A stretch of 48,248 bases of DNA, taken from Sumerlaeia bacterium. GTDB lineage: Bacteria; Sumerlaeota; Sumerlaeia; SLMS01; JAHLLQ01. Of this stretch, positions 32,034-41,356 are shown piece after piece. The notes under the pieces were generated by a model that searched no databases, was not told where the DNA came from, and was given only the letters and a program-made list of their open reading frames with translations. Numbering within the stretch: position 1 is the stretch's first letter; the number at the start of each line of letters is the position of its first letter. The translations under genes were made by a program, and so were the position numbers. The DNA lies in contig JAVJSW010000075.1 of the NCBI GenBank assembly GCA_040219255.1, positions 1 through 48,248 of the forward strand, written 5' to 3'.

Positions 32034-32130
32034 GCCCTCCCGCTGCGGCGGCGGTTCTCCTCAAATCGAATTGACGCTTCCGGGCCGCCGATGGTGGTGT
32101 TCTCACACGAAATCCCGTGAGAAGAACTTC

Positions 32131-33366
32131 ATGCCCTTTTCCCGATCCACCGCTCTTTTTCTGGCGTTGACCGCCCTCACGCTCGCCGCCCGCGGCGCCA
32201 CCGCTCAATCCTTTGATCCGGTCACCTTCGATTTCTCGCGCGGGACTCAGGACTGGCTCCCGTTTTACGTCATCGGCGAACAGGAAGATACCAGCCATTA
32301 CGTGATCGAAGACCTGGGAATCGGAATTGGACCAAACAGCTCGGGCGTGTTCGGCTTCTGGGGCACCGACGATCCCATCGATGGGGGTCGCTTCATCGGC
32401 GGAACCATCGTCGATGTCGAATGGGTCGTCACCTCCTCTGCCGAATCCCCCGAAGACGTCCCGGATTTCCGCCTCCGCCTCACCGCCAACGATGGCTCCT
32501 CCACTCAGGACTACCTGATCCAGGACGCCTTCTTCATGGACAGCCATCCTTCCGGAACCGTGCCCACAGGCCTGATGAGCAAGACCTTCCGCACCCTCCA
32601 CTGGGTCCCCAATTCGGTGGTGAACAACCTGCCGCCGCTCTCGCGCCCCGGGTACTTCGCCGCCTTCGACGTTCTCGAATTCAAGGGCAACAACCCTGCC
32701 CGCTTCGCCAACGCCACGATCCTGGAATCGGTCAATTTCAGCAGCTTCGAACCCAACCCGGCGGGCGGCACGGAAACGGTTCTGGAAAACTTTCTCAACA
32801 GCTCCAGTGGCCGCGCCGGCTGGGATCAATCCGAACGCGACATCGCCGGTATTCCCGTCCGTCATCGCACCTCGGACGAATTCGGCATCGGCATCCAGAC
32901 CATGGGCGTCGCCACCTCCAGCGAAATCTCTTTCGGCTGGTGGTTCCTCAACCGCGCGGTCCTCGTCGAACCCGACAGCATCTATCGCATCGAGTGGACC
33001 GTGCAGACCATCGCCGAGGACGGCCTCTCCGAATCCGCCGACGCCGTCAACACCCGCCTGCGCGTCCAGGATAGCCACCTCGATTTCGTCGCCTCGGCCA
33101 TCACCGGCGCCCTCCCCGATTCGGAGGACATCACCAACAACCCCTCGCCCAACGGAACATCCTTCGTCGCCTACATGGCGTTCCCGGAAGCCCTCGTCGG
33201 CGAGCGCATGAACGTCTTCTTCGACGTCTGGCAGGATAACCGCCAGGACCGCCGCTCCGACATCACCATGTACCTGCGCGAGTTCCGCGTCATCCGCGAG
33301 AACGCGCCCGATCGCGACACCAAAACCCAATTGTCGTCCTGGACGGTGGAGGAGACAGCGCCCTGA
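32131..33366 (+). CDS. Secreted hypothetical protein (beta-rich, apparently two related halves)
   Basis: Signal peptide ending ATA|QS; strong C-ending codon bias; VPDFRLRL and VNTRLRV motifs in the two halves. Confidence 0.75.
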   Translation: MPFSRSTALFLALTALTLAARGATAQSFDPVTFDFSRGTQDWLPFYVIGEQEDTSHYVIEDLGIGIGPNSSGVFGFWGTDDPIDGGRFIGGTIVDVEWVVTSSAESPEDVPDFRLRLTANDGSSTQDYLIQDAFFMDSHPSGTVPTGLMSKTFRTLHWVPNSVVNNLPPLSRPGYFAAFDVLEFKGNNPARFANATILESVNFSSFEPNPAGGTETVLENFLNSSSGRAGWDQSERDIAGIPVRHRTSDEFGIGIQTMGVATSSEISFGWWFLNRAVLVEPDSIYRIEWTVQTIAEDGLSESADAVNTRLRVQDSHLDFVASAITGALPDSEDITNNPSPNGTSFVAYMAFPEALVGERMNVFFDVWQDNRQDRRSDITMYLREFRVIRENAPDRDTKTQLSSWTVEETAP

Positions 33367-34436
33367 CTTTAGAGATCATCGATCTGCCCATCGAACCCGG
33401 CGAAGCCTCCGCCCTGCTCCTTTGCCGAAACGCCTCGGTCAAGGAAGCCCACGGGTGGGACAAGGCCTTCTGGGTCATCATGGACGAAGGCCCCGTCCAG
33501 CGCTGCCTCGGCCTGCTGGGCCACAAAGCCGGCAAGAAGCCCCACAAAGGCTGGAAAGTCAAGCGGCTCAAAACCGCCGGCAATGACCTGCCCAAGACCG
33601 AAGACGGCGAAGTCCTCACCCGTGACGGCGACGCCATCGTGGTCCTCGGATCGCACTACGGCAGCAAGAACGGCCCCCTCGAACCGGTTCGCCATTACGC
33701 CGCCCGCCTGCGCGAGGACGAACTCGAAGGAAAAATCCACAGCAACCGTCCGGCCATCCAGGCCGCCCGCAACGACTTCGCCTTCCATCGCGCCTTCAAC
33801 GACGCCATCCGCCGCACCGATTTGGCTCTCCTCAAACCCGGCTACTGGATGGTGAAAAAGCTTCTGGCCAAAACCCAGAAGCAAGCCGTCGACAACGAAG
33901 AGCCCTGGATGAACCGGCTCCGGTCGGGCGATTATCCCCTCAACATCGAAGGCGCCGCGATCCTGCCCGGGGGCGAACTGCTGCTGGGTTTGCGCTATCC
34001 CATCACCCGCGATGGCCACCCGGTGATCGTCCGATGCCGGAGCGTCGAGGACTTCTTCTCGCCCACGCCACCCAACTTCCATATCGAGGGCTTCCATGTC
34101 CTCCCCCACGTCGGCGGCCCGCAAGCCCCCGCCGGCATCCGCGCCATGCAATGGCGGGAGGATGGCACACTCCATGTCCTCACCGGCAACCTGGACAGTA
34201 AGCAGGAGAAGAGCGTCCTGCTGCGCGATCATCCGCACGGGGGCGAAGCCCCCTGCGAGCACTGGGTCGTCGCGGCCTCGGATTTCGATCACAAGACCCG
34301 CGAATGGCCCTCGCACCGCCTCCGCGTCTTCCACGACGACGATTATGTCGAAGGCCTCGCCCCCGACGACGAGGGACGCTGGCACTACGTGTCAGACCGT
34401 GACGACCATGTGCGTTTGATTGTGGTGACCGAATAA
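33363..34436 (+). CDS. Hypothetical beta-propeller-like protein (DUF3616-like); likely CTG start
   Basis: EASA, EDGE…VLGSH, NIEGAA, LLGLRYP and VEGLA motifs. The frame is open 39 codons upstream of the track's ATG, up to a CTG overlapping the previous stop. Confidence 0.65.
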   Translation: MTLEIIDLPIEPGEASALLLCRNASVKEAHGWDKAFWVIMDEGPVQRCLGLLGHKAGKKPHKGWKVKRLKTAGNDLPKTEDGEVLTRDGDAIVVLGSHYGSKNGPLEPVRHYAARLREDELEGKIHSNRPAIQAARNDFAFHRAFNDAIRRTDLALLKPGYWMVKKLLAKTQKQAVDNEEPWMNRLRSGDYPLNIEGAAILPGGELLLGLRYPITRDGHPVIVRCRSVEDFFSPTPPNFHIEGFHVLPHVGGPQAPAGIRAMQWREDGTLHVLTGNLDSKQEKSVLLRDHPHGGEAPCEHWVVAASDFDHKTREWPSHRLRVFHDDDYVEGLAPDDEGRWHYVSDRDDHVRLIVVTE

Positions 34437-34454
34437 GACGGGGGACCGCTGCCG

Positions 34455-35426
34455 CTACTCTTCGGCGGCGTTTCGCTCCACCATCGCCTTGCGGGCGCTC
34501 GGCACCAGGCGCAGGTACTCGTCGAGGGTTTGCTCTTCCCGCTCGGTCATGAACTTGTAGATCTTGCCGACCGGGTAGTAGGTGATTTCCGGCCAGACCA
34601 GTTCGGCCTTCAGCGGATTGTTGCCATCGGCCACGTTGTCCATGTGCCAGGCGCCCTCGTAGAGCCCGCGGCCCACTTCGCCGAGGAAAAACCCGGCCTG
34701 GATCAGCGTTTCCTCGTGCAGCGCGTAGAGGAAAAAGTGGCTGCGAAGAAAGCGGTCCACCTCGCGGACGCCTTGGAGCGACACGGGCAGATCGGCCTTG
34801 AAGCGCGATTTCCAGAACTTCTGAAACTCCTGCGTCAGCTCCACACCGGGAGCGTTCGGGTCCTGGAGGCCTGTCATCAGGATCTCCTTGCCCATCTCCT
34901 TCGGATCCAGCGCTGGCGTCTGGTGGTAATCGAGCGACTGGCTTTCCAGGTCGATGCGCTCCGGCAGGGTGGCGTAGAAACGGGAGAGCGACAGCTCCGG
35001 CCCCAGCTCCCATTTTTTCTGCACCATCGCCAGCGGCACCAGGTGGCCATTGTAGATCGAGCCGAATTCCCCGAGCACCAGCCCCATGAGGCCGTGCTCG
35101 ATCCAGAGGCCGCCGTGAGCGAGGCAGGCGGCCTCGCCGAAAAAGGCGGCGGCGTCGCTGGCGAGGTTCTCCGGCAGGGCGCCGCGGAGCGCCTCCGGGT
35201 CCGGGGTTTCCAGCTTGCCTTTCGCTTCCTCGCGGGCCTGCTCCAGGGCTTTTTCCGCCAGGGCGACGCTTTCGGCGCCGACGGTGACGTTGGCTTCGCC
35301 GGTGCGCTCGGAGACCCAGGCGGCGAAGCGCTGGGCGTCGCGCGCCATCAGCGACGGCAAATCGGCCGGTTCGGCGTCCGGGCTGGGGCTTTTTCCGAAG
35401 AGGTTTTTCAGGAACTTCAGGGGCAT
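34455..35426 (-). CDS. Hypothetical protein with internally duplicated helical domain
   Basis: Two copies of the pattern A(A/G)FF(L)GE…G.W…P(L/V)…K; codon usage typical of real genes. Confidence 0.75.
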   Translation of the reverse strand: MPLKFLKNLFGKSPSPDAEPADLPSLMARDAQRFAAWVSERTGEANVTVGAESVALAEKALEQAREEAKGKLETPDPEALRGALPENLASDAAAFFGEAACLAHGGLWIEHGLMGLVLGEFGSIYNGHLVPLAMVQKKWELGPELSLSRFYATLPERIDLESQSLDYHQTPALDPKEMGKEILMTGLQDPNAPGVELTQEFQKFWKSRFKADLPVSLQGVREVDRFLRSHFFLYALHEETLIQAGFFLGEVGRGLYEGAWHMDNVADGNNPLKAELVWPEITYYPVGKIYKFMTEREEQTLDEYLRLVPSARKAMVERNAAEE

Positions 35427-35514
35427 GGGCGGGGCCTGTCCGGGGCGGAATTCGGTAGGGATCGAACCAAGCGGCCGGGGGCCGATGGCGCAAGGAGGAA
35501 GGGTGCGGGAACCG

Positions 35515-36093
35515 TCAGGCGGCGGCGGGAGCTTCCCGGGGAACTTGACGGCGGAGGCCTCGCCAAGCGGCGCGGACGCCCACCAGGGCGGCCCACGCCA
35601 CGAAGTACAACAGCAGCCCCGCCGCCACGCCGAGATAGGTCACGGTCAGGTCCGCCAGGTTGGAGCTGCGCTGGTCGGCGAAGCGCTGGGCCCATTCGTC
35701 GAAGGCCGCCCAGAGCAGCACCGCGGCGAGCAGGCCGAGGAAGGCTTTCTTCCAGGCGTGACGGCCAAACCACCAGCGGGCCATATGGGCGCCGAGTCCG
35801 ACCGCGAAGCCAAAGGGCAGGTAGAAAACGAAGTGCCCGATGCGGTCGAATTGGCTGGGGTCGCGAAGGACCCGGCGAACCGACGGAGGCATGAGTTTGT
35901 ACGCCACCGGATTGTTCATCAGGCGGACTTTCAGATCGCTGACATCCTTTTTCGAGGCCTGCATCAGGTGCGTCGTCAGCGTGGCCCAGAACGCCACCGT
36001 CATCAGGAATAGGCCCGTGACGGCCCATTTCGTCCAGCGGCGGCGCGGGGTCGATGGCGGGGCGGGGGGGGAGTTCTCGTCGGTCATGGGCAT
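35515..36093 (-). CDS. VanZ-like membrane protein
   Basis: DRIGHFVFY…DEWAQ…R…D motif with several TM helices; start reset to ATG 36093. Confidence 0.75.
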   Translation of the reverse strand: MPMTDENSPPAPPSTPRRRWTKWAVTGLFLMTVAFWATLTTHLMQASKKDVSDLKVRLMNNPVAYKLMPPSVRRVLRDPSQFDRIGHFVFYLPFGFAVGLGAHMARWWFGRHAWKKAFLGLLAAVLLWAAFDEWAQRFADQRSSNLADLTVTYLGVAAGLLLYFVAWAALVGVRAAWRGLRRQVPREAPAAA

Positions 36094-36100
36094 CACGTTC

Positions 36101-36832
36101 TCAACCGGGCGTTTCCGGAGGTTGCGGTCCGGGCGGCGGTTGACTGGCTTCCTGAGCTTCCTCCTGATTCTTCGCCAACGTCTTCTTGAGACGCTTGAGG
36201 AGCGAGGGCTTCCAGGGAGCGCAGGCTTCATCGAGGATCATCGCCCGGACATCGGCGAGCGAGCTTGGGATCGCGGGAAAGAGGGTCGCTCCGCCGCCGA
36301 TGTCCGGCTCGCGATGGGTGTCGCTGCCGCCGACCTCGGTCAGGGAATAGCGCTGGGCCAGTTCGCGGGAGATCTTCGCGATGCGATCGCCATAGCGGCC
36401 GTTCCAGGTTTCCGCCGCGAGGATGGGATAATGCCCGGCCCGTCCTCCCAAGCCGACGACCGGAGCGCCCAGATGGGCCCCGATGCAAAAGCCACCGGTT
36501 TCTTTGACCCTTGCGAGAATCTCGCCAACGGGCGTGCCGTCGGGCATCGGTTCGGTGGGTCCGTACACCAGGAAATCGCCCAGTACGGTCTCGGTCTCGG
36601 GGTCGAAGGCGCGCACTTCCTGGCCGGAAGCGAGGAAGAAATCGCCGGGCGCGCTGGCGGCGCGGCGTAGCTCCTCCAGCTCACCGGCGCTCCAACAGTA
36701 GCAGTGATCCGTGAAGATCACGCCGGAGAAGCCGAGTTCCATCAGGCGCGCCACGATCTCGACGGCGGGAACGGCGCCGTCGTAACTGTGATCGAGCGTG
36801 TGGCAGTGCAAGTCGATGCGGTAGGTTTTCAT
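36101..36832 (-). CDS. PHP-domain metal-dependent phosphoesterase
   Basis: IDLHCHT..SYDG, FTDH, GQEV, AH, GGSDTH metal-binding motifs. Confidence 0.9.
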   Translation of the reverse strand: MKTYRIDLHCHTLDHSYDGAVPAVEIVARLMELGFSGVIFTDHCYCWSAGELEELRRAASAPGDFFLASGQEVRAFDPETETVLGDFLVYGPTEPMPDGTPVGEILARVKETGGFCIGAHLGAPVVGLGGRAGHYPILAAETWNGRYGDRIAKISRELAQRYSLTEVGGSDTHREPDIGGGATLFPAIPSSLADVRAMILDEACAPWKPSLLKRLKKTLAKNQEEAQEASQPPPGPQPPETPG

Positions 36833-37244
36833 GGGGAGAACGCTATCCGGGAGGGAAGGTCAGGCCAAAAGGAAAAGGCGGGGCTGGCGCGGATTATGAC
36901 AGGTGCGGCCCGCGTCCGGCCGCTCGCCAGAGAGTGCGGGCGGCGGCGCGAAGGGCCATGGGAGCGGTCTGTCCAGAGAGTCGACCGTTTCGGGACGGGG
37001 AAGTTTGCCGGGTCGAGGATCGGGTTCATGGGGGGATTGGCTCCATCGGGTTTGGGATCGGTTCGTCTAAAAGGAGCCTCTCACAGCCCCCTCCGTTTGT
37101 CCCCTCATGTGGAGACTCGGGGACAAGAAAGACAAAATACACTTATCAGACAAGAGGAGCTTAGCGTGGATGACTGGTGGGCGGGGAGTTGGATGAAATG
37201 GAAGCGTTGGCGGATTCTTGAAGGGCGCCATGAATCTCCCGGGG

Positions 37245-37294
37245 AATCACCACAGCATCAGAAATCACCACAGAGTCACAGAGAGCACAGAGAA
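37245..37294 (+). repeat. Short direct-repeat cluster (AATCACCACAG x2; CACAGAG x3)
   Basis: Directly visible: aatcaccacag at 37245 and 37263; cacagag at 37269, 37277 and 37286. Confidence 0.7.
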
Positions 37295-37681
37295 AACTGG
37301 GATTATTGGAGTTGAGTGGAGGAAACTCGAAGAGCGAACCCTTCTTTGGATGCCTCATGAAGCCTCAGTTCGTCGTTCCGGGAACTGGCCGAGGGTCGAT
37401 GGGAAGACTCGGCAAGTGGCAAGTTTTTCGGTCTTGATTGAAAGAGAAGACGGCGAAACAATAAGCGAAATAAGACTTACTCCATTGAATTCCTTTGATT
37501 TAGAAATGCCCCCCGCGCCAGAGGTTTGAGGACCGCCGTGAAGACCTCGTCCTGCGGGTTCTTTTGTGGTGGAGGATGGGGGCGATGGCGCCGGGGGCTG
37601 GCTAAAGCAGTTGCGAACCCGGCGGGAATGGGCCAAACAGATGTCAGATTCCCACGCTCGCCCCGCACCGGCCGAGATGAA

Positions 37682-39883
37682 ATGACCAGGTCCCCCGAAC
37701 CTTTCAGCGAAACGGTGGTGATTGCGGCCCATGGCAATGGAGCCGTTCCGACCTGCATGGAGACCGTCCTGGTGCTGCCCGGGGCCGCGCCGCCCCCGTC
37801 CGGCGTGGCGCCGCCAGGGGAGAAGGCGGATGACACCGTTCCGGAAGACGATGAAGCCGGGGCCACCGTCATCCAGGACAAGCCGTTCGAAAAGCCGCCT
37901 CGGAGTTCGGTCCTGTACGACGCGTTGGGCGACCGCACGACGGAGATTTTCCTGCTGAGCAAGATCGCCCAGGGTGGCCAGGGCGAGATTTGGGAAGCGT
38001 ATCAAAAGAATCTGGATCGTCTGATCGCGGTGAAGCGCGCCCACGGTCACATTGGCAGCCAGGACGACTTCTTCAAGGAAGCCTTCGCCTCGGCTCGGCT
38101 GGACCATCCCAACATCGTTCCGATCTACGACCTGGGGCTGTGCTATCACGAGAACGAGAAGGTTCCGCTTCTGGTGATGAAGCGCATCGTGGGCACCAAC
38201 TGGGCGGAAATGATGCGGACCGAGCGCTCGTCGCCCCATTTTTCCCTGTCGATCTTCCTGGCCAAGCACCTGCCGATTCTGGTCAGCGTCATCAACGCGG
38301 TGAGCTATGCGCACGCCAAAGGCGTGATCCATCGCGATCTGAAACCGAGCCAGGTGATGGTCGGCGACTACGGCGAAGTGTTCCTCCTGGACTGGGGCCT
38401 GGCGATTTTCCTGGGCCAGGAGGAGGACGAAGTCAGCGAAACCTCCTATCCGGTCGATCTGGACAAGGTCTGGACGCTGGACACGGCGACGAATCCGGCG
38501 GGGACCCCGGCCTACATGGCGCCCGAGCAGGCGCGCTTCTTCAAGGACCAACTCGGGTTCCACACGGACGTCTATTTGCTGGGCGCGATTCTCTACGAAA
38601 TGGTCACGGGCCGGCCTCCGCACCACAGTGAGAAGGTCCAGAAGTCGCTGAGGCGGGCCATCGAGAATGAGTACGAACCGCCCGGCCCCGGTTGTCCCGC
38701 CGAGCTGACGGACCTCATCGCCTTCTGCCTGCGAACCGATCCGGCGGAGCGGCCCGCCTCGGCGCTGGCGGTGCGGGAAACGATCACGGCCTATCTGACC
38801 GGTGCCGGCCGCAAGCAGCAGTCGATCAGTCTCTGCAATCAACTCCGCAAGCGCGGCTTTGCAAACCTCGGCTACGAGGAGCTTTCGCAGGCGGCGCGCC
38901 AACTCTCGGAAATCACCCATCTGTGGCCGGACAATCCAGACATCGATGCCTGCCGCCACGACTTGCTGGTGGCCTACGCGGAGGCGGCCATCGCAAACCG
39001 GGACTTCATGCTGGCGCGCCTGCAGGCGGACCGACTGGAGGACGACGGGCAGTCGGCGGCCCTGCGCCGCAAGATCGAGGAGGAGCAGCAACGGGCTCTG
39101 AAGGAATTGCCGCGCCCGCCCCTGTTCACCGCGGCGCGCTTGGCGGTGGTGGGCCTGTGCTGCCTGGCGGTGGCGTTCACGGTTTTCGGCATCGTGCGCA
39201 CGGCCGAAAAGACCCTGCTCGACGAAGTGATGAACAAGGTGCGCTCCATCGCCTCGGTGGCGGCGAGCGACGTGCGGGCCGAGGACCTGCGGGCCGTGGA
39301 CGCGGAGCAGGAGATCTACGCCCCGGCTTTTCAACGCGTCTTCAACCAATTGAGCTTCTACCGCCGGGCGAACGACGATATCCGCTACATCTATAGCCAT
39401 CGGCCTGAATTTTCTCAGGGCGAAGATCATTGGCGCACGCTGGTGGACATCGACCCGGTGGATTTGGACCTGAACGGCAACGGGGTAATCGAGTCTTCGG
39501 AGCGCGGCAATCCGCCGGGCCTTCTCTATCCCGACGGGACCGCCGAGATGCTCCTCGCGTTTGAGGAGAAGCGTCCCACCGCGGGGATCCTGAAGGACGA
39601 CTGGGGTTCCTTCATCAGCGGATTCGCCCCCGTGACGGATCAGAAAACCGGTGAAGTCGTCGCCATCGTCGGTGTGGACGTCCTCGCCACCGACGTGGAG
39701 CGGAAGGCGCGCTTCATCCGGCGGGCGGGCGTGGTGGGCGGCGGTTTGCTGGTGCTGCTGACGGCCGCGGCATTCCTGGCTTACTTCCGCAGCCTGCAGG
39801 CTGTGAGACGTGTCGAGCTGCTGCGCCAACTGATCGAAAAGCAAAACGCCGAGGGCACGGGGCGGCAGCTCTTCCTGGGTTAA
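37682..39883 (+). CDS. Membrane Hanks-type Ser/Thr protein kinase with two TMs and a Cache-like extracytoplasmic domain
   Basis: IAQGGQGEIW, IAVK, LDHPNIVPIYD, HRDLKPSQV, LDWGLA, GTPAYMAPEQ, TDVYLLG, ERP. TM1, then a sensor with IRYIY…D.WG.FISGFAPV…VAIVGVDV, then TM2. Start uncertain (37526-37757). Confidence 0.92.
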   Translation: MTRSPEPFSETVVIAAHGNGAVPTCMETVLVLPGAAPPPSGVAPPGEKADDTVPEDDEAGATVIQDKPFEKPPRSSVLYDALGDRTTEIFLLSKIAQGGQGEIWEAYQKNLDRLIAVKRAHGHIGSQDDFFKEAFASARLDHPNIVPIYDLGLCYHENEKVPLLVMKRIVGTNWAEMMRTERSSPHFSLSIFLAKHLPILVSVINAVSYAHAKGVIHRDLKPSQVMVGDYGEVFLLDWGLAIFLGQEEDEVSETSYPVDLDKVWTLDTATNPAGTPAYMAPEQARFFKDQLGFHTDVYLLGAILYEMVTGRPPHHSEKVQKSLRRAIENEYEPPGPGCPAELTDLIAFCLRTDPAERPASALAVRETITAYLTGAGRKQQSISLCNQLRKRGFANLGYEELSQAARQLSEITHLWPDNPDIDACRHDLLVAYAEAAIANRDFMLARLQADRLEDDGQSAALRRKIEEEQQRALKELPRPPLFTAARLAVVGLCCLAVAFTVFGIVRTAEKTLLDEVMNKVRSIASVAASDVRAEDLRAVDAEQEIYAPAFQRVFNQLSFYRRANDDIRYIYSHRPEFSQGEDHWRTLVDIDPVDLDLNGNGVIESSERGNPPGLLYPDGTAEMLLAFEEKRPTAGILKDDWGSFISGFAPVTDQKTGEVVAIVGVDVLATDVERKARFIRRAGVVGGGLLVLLTAAAFLAYFRSLQAVRRVELLRQLIEKQNAEGTGRQLFLG

Positions 39884-41181
39884 GGTGCGCCGCCGGAGGA
39901 CCGGACCGCCTTGAGCGACTCGAGGATTTCCGCTTCAACGGATTGAACGGCCGACTCGGCGGACACTTCCCCCCGCAGGGCGCGATGGACTCCGGTGGCG
40001 AAGGCGGCGGAGACTTCATTGTAGCGGCTGCCCGCCACGCTCGAGGGGCGGGCCGTGGCGGAGAGGAAGGCGTCTCGGGCGACCGCCATCCAGGGCGCCC
40101 GTGCCATCAGCTCCGGCGCGTCGTAAGCGCTGATCCGGGTCGGCAGGAAGCCGCCTTTGATGGCGCGGCGGACCTGGATGTCGCGGCTCGTCATCCATCG
40201 CACCAGGGCCTTGGCTTCCTCCGGCTTCAGGGAGTGGCGCGACACCCCAAGCTGCCACCCGCCGAGCGTGCCGGCCGAACCGCCCTCGCCACCGGGCAAT
40301 GGAGCCAGCGCGGTCCGGCCCGCCAAGGGGGATTTCTCCGACGCGAAGGGCGCGTAGAAGCTTGTCCAGTTGCGCATGAAGGCGGCTTTTCCCGAGGCGA
40401 AGACCTGCTGCGAGTCGGGTTCGGCCATCGCCAGGACTTCCGGTGGCGAGATGTCGCCGATCCAGCCGGCGGCCATTTCGATGGCCGCGATGGCCTGGGG
40501 GTTGTCGATGGAGACGGTGCCGTCGTCCTCAACGATGTGACCGCCATTCATGGAGACGAGCCACTCGAGCGCGTTGCAGGTGAGGGCTTCGCGGGCGACG
40601 CCCTGCCAGACGTAACCCCAGAACTTCTCGTTCCCGGCGGCCCGCTCGCCTTCCTGGATGGTGCGCGCCATGACCTCGAGTTCATCCCAGGTTTCGGGCG
40701 GCCCTCCGTAGCCGTACTTCTCCAGCAGATCGGTCCGGTAAAACAGCACACCCACGCCGCCGTACCACGGAACCGCCACCAGCTTGCCGCCGACGGTGTT
40801 GTTCTCGATCAGCGCGGGGAAGAAATCGTCGCGGTCCTGGCCGAGTTCCGCCCCCAAGTCCACGAAGGACTCCGACAGCGTGCCCGGCCAGATGATGTCG
40901 ATTTGATACACATCGAAGGTCGTCGCGCCCGCGCTGAGGAACATCCGGTACTGTGTCAGGCGCTCCGTGACATCGTAGGGGCCGTGCACCGCGGCGGCGG
41001 GGATCCCTTGCGAGGCTTCGAATTCCGAGACCAGCGTTCGGATGAGCTGACCGTCCTCGCCGGTGGCGACGCTGTTGAAGCGGACCGGATCGCGTTCGCC
41101 GTCAACACCGCCTTCCCCATCCCCCGAGCAGGCGCTCAGGAGACTCAAGCACAGGAGTGCCGGGATTAATCGCCAAACCAT
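39880..41181 (-). CDS. ABC transporter sugar-binding lipoprotein (trehalose/maltose-binding-like)
   Basis: Lipobox LLSAC, DVYQIDIIWPG, LFYRTDLLEKYG..PPETWDEL, AAFMRNW, TLGGWQLGVS; start reset to ATG 41181. Confidence 0.9.
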   Translation of the reverse strand: MVWRLIPALLCLSLLSACSGDGEGGVDGERDPVRFNSVATGEDGQLIRTLVSEFEASQGIPAAAVHGPYDVTERLTQYRMFLSAGATTFDVYQIDIIWPGTLSESFVDLGAELGQDRDDFFPALIENNTVGGKLVAVPWYGGVGVLFYRTDLLEKYGYGGPPETWDELEVMARTIQEGERAAGNEKFWGYVWQGVAREALTCNALEWLVSMNGGHIVEDDGTVSIDNPQAIAAIEMAAGWIGDISPPEVLAMAEPDSQQVFASGKAAFMRNWTSFYAPFASEKSPLAGRTALAPLPGGEGGSAGTLGGWQLGVSRHSLKPEEAKALVRWMTSRDIQVRRAIKGGFLPTRISAYDAPELMARAPWMAVARDAFLSATARPSSVAGSRYNEVSAAFATGVHRALRGEVSAESAVQSVEAEILESLKAVRSSGGAP

Positions 41182-41305
41182 TCGAACGCCTCGATTTGAA
41201 CAGAATTCCGAGTGCAGAAAAGGCGATTTCACGTCGTGCCTCAAGCTTTTAAGGTGGCGGGTTGTTCACGAACCGTGGATTTCCCATGACCGCTAGCGGA
41301 ACTTG

Positions 41306-41354
41306 GGCGAGGATTGGCCTGTCTCTTGTTCCACAACCCTGGCGAGGATTGGCC
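41306..41354. repeat. Perfect 14-bp direct repeat GGCGAGGATTGGCC x2
   Basis: Copies at 41306-41319 and 41341-41354 (35-bp period) in a divergent promoter region. Confidence 0.8.
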
Positions 41355-41356
41355 CT

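Noticed and set aside
37465-37505. dif-like site in an AT-rich stretch
   Set aside because: No TTATGTTAAAT-like XerD arm with a 6-bp spacer.
37355-39844. 829-aa minus-strand ORF
   Set aside because: Antisense shadow of the Ser/Thr kinase.
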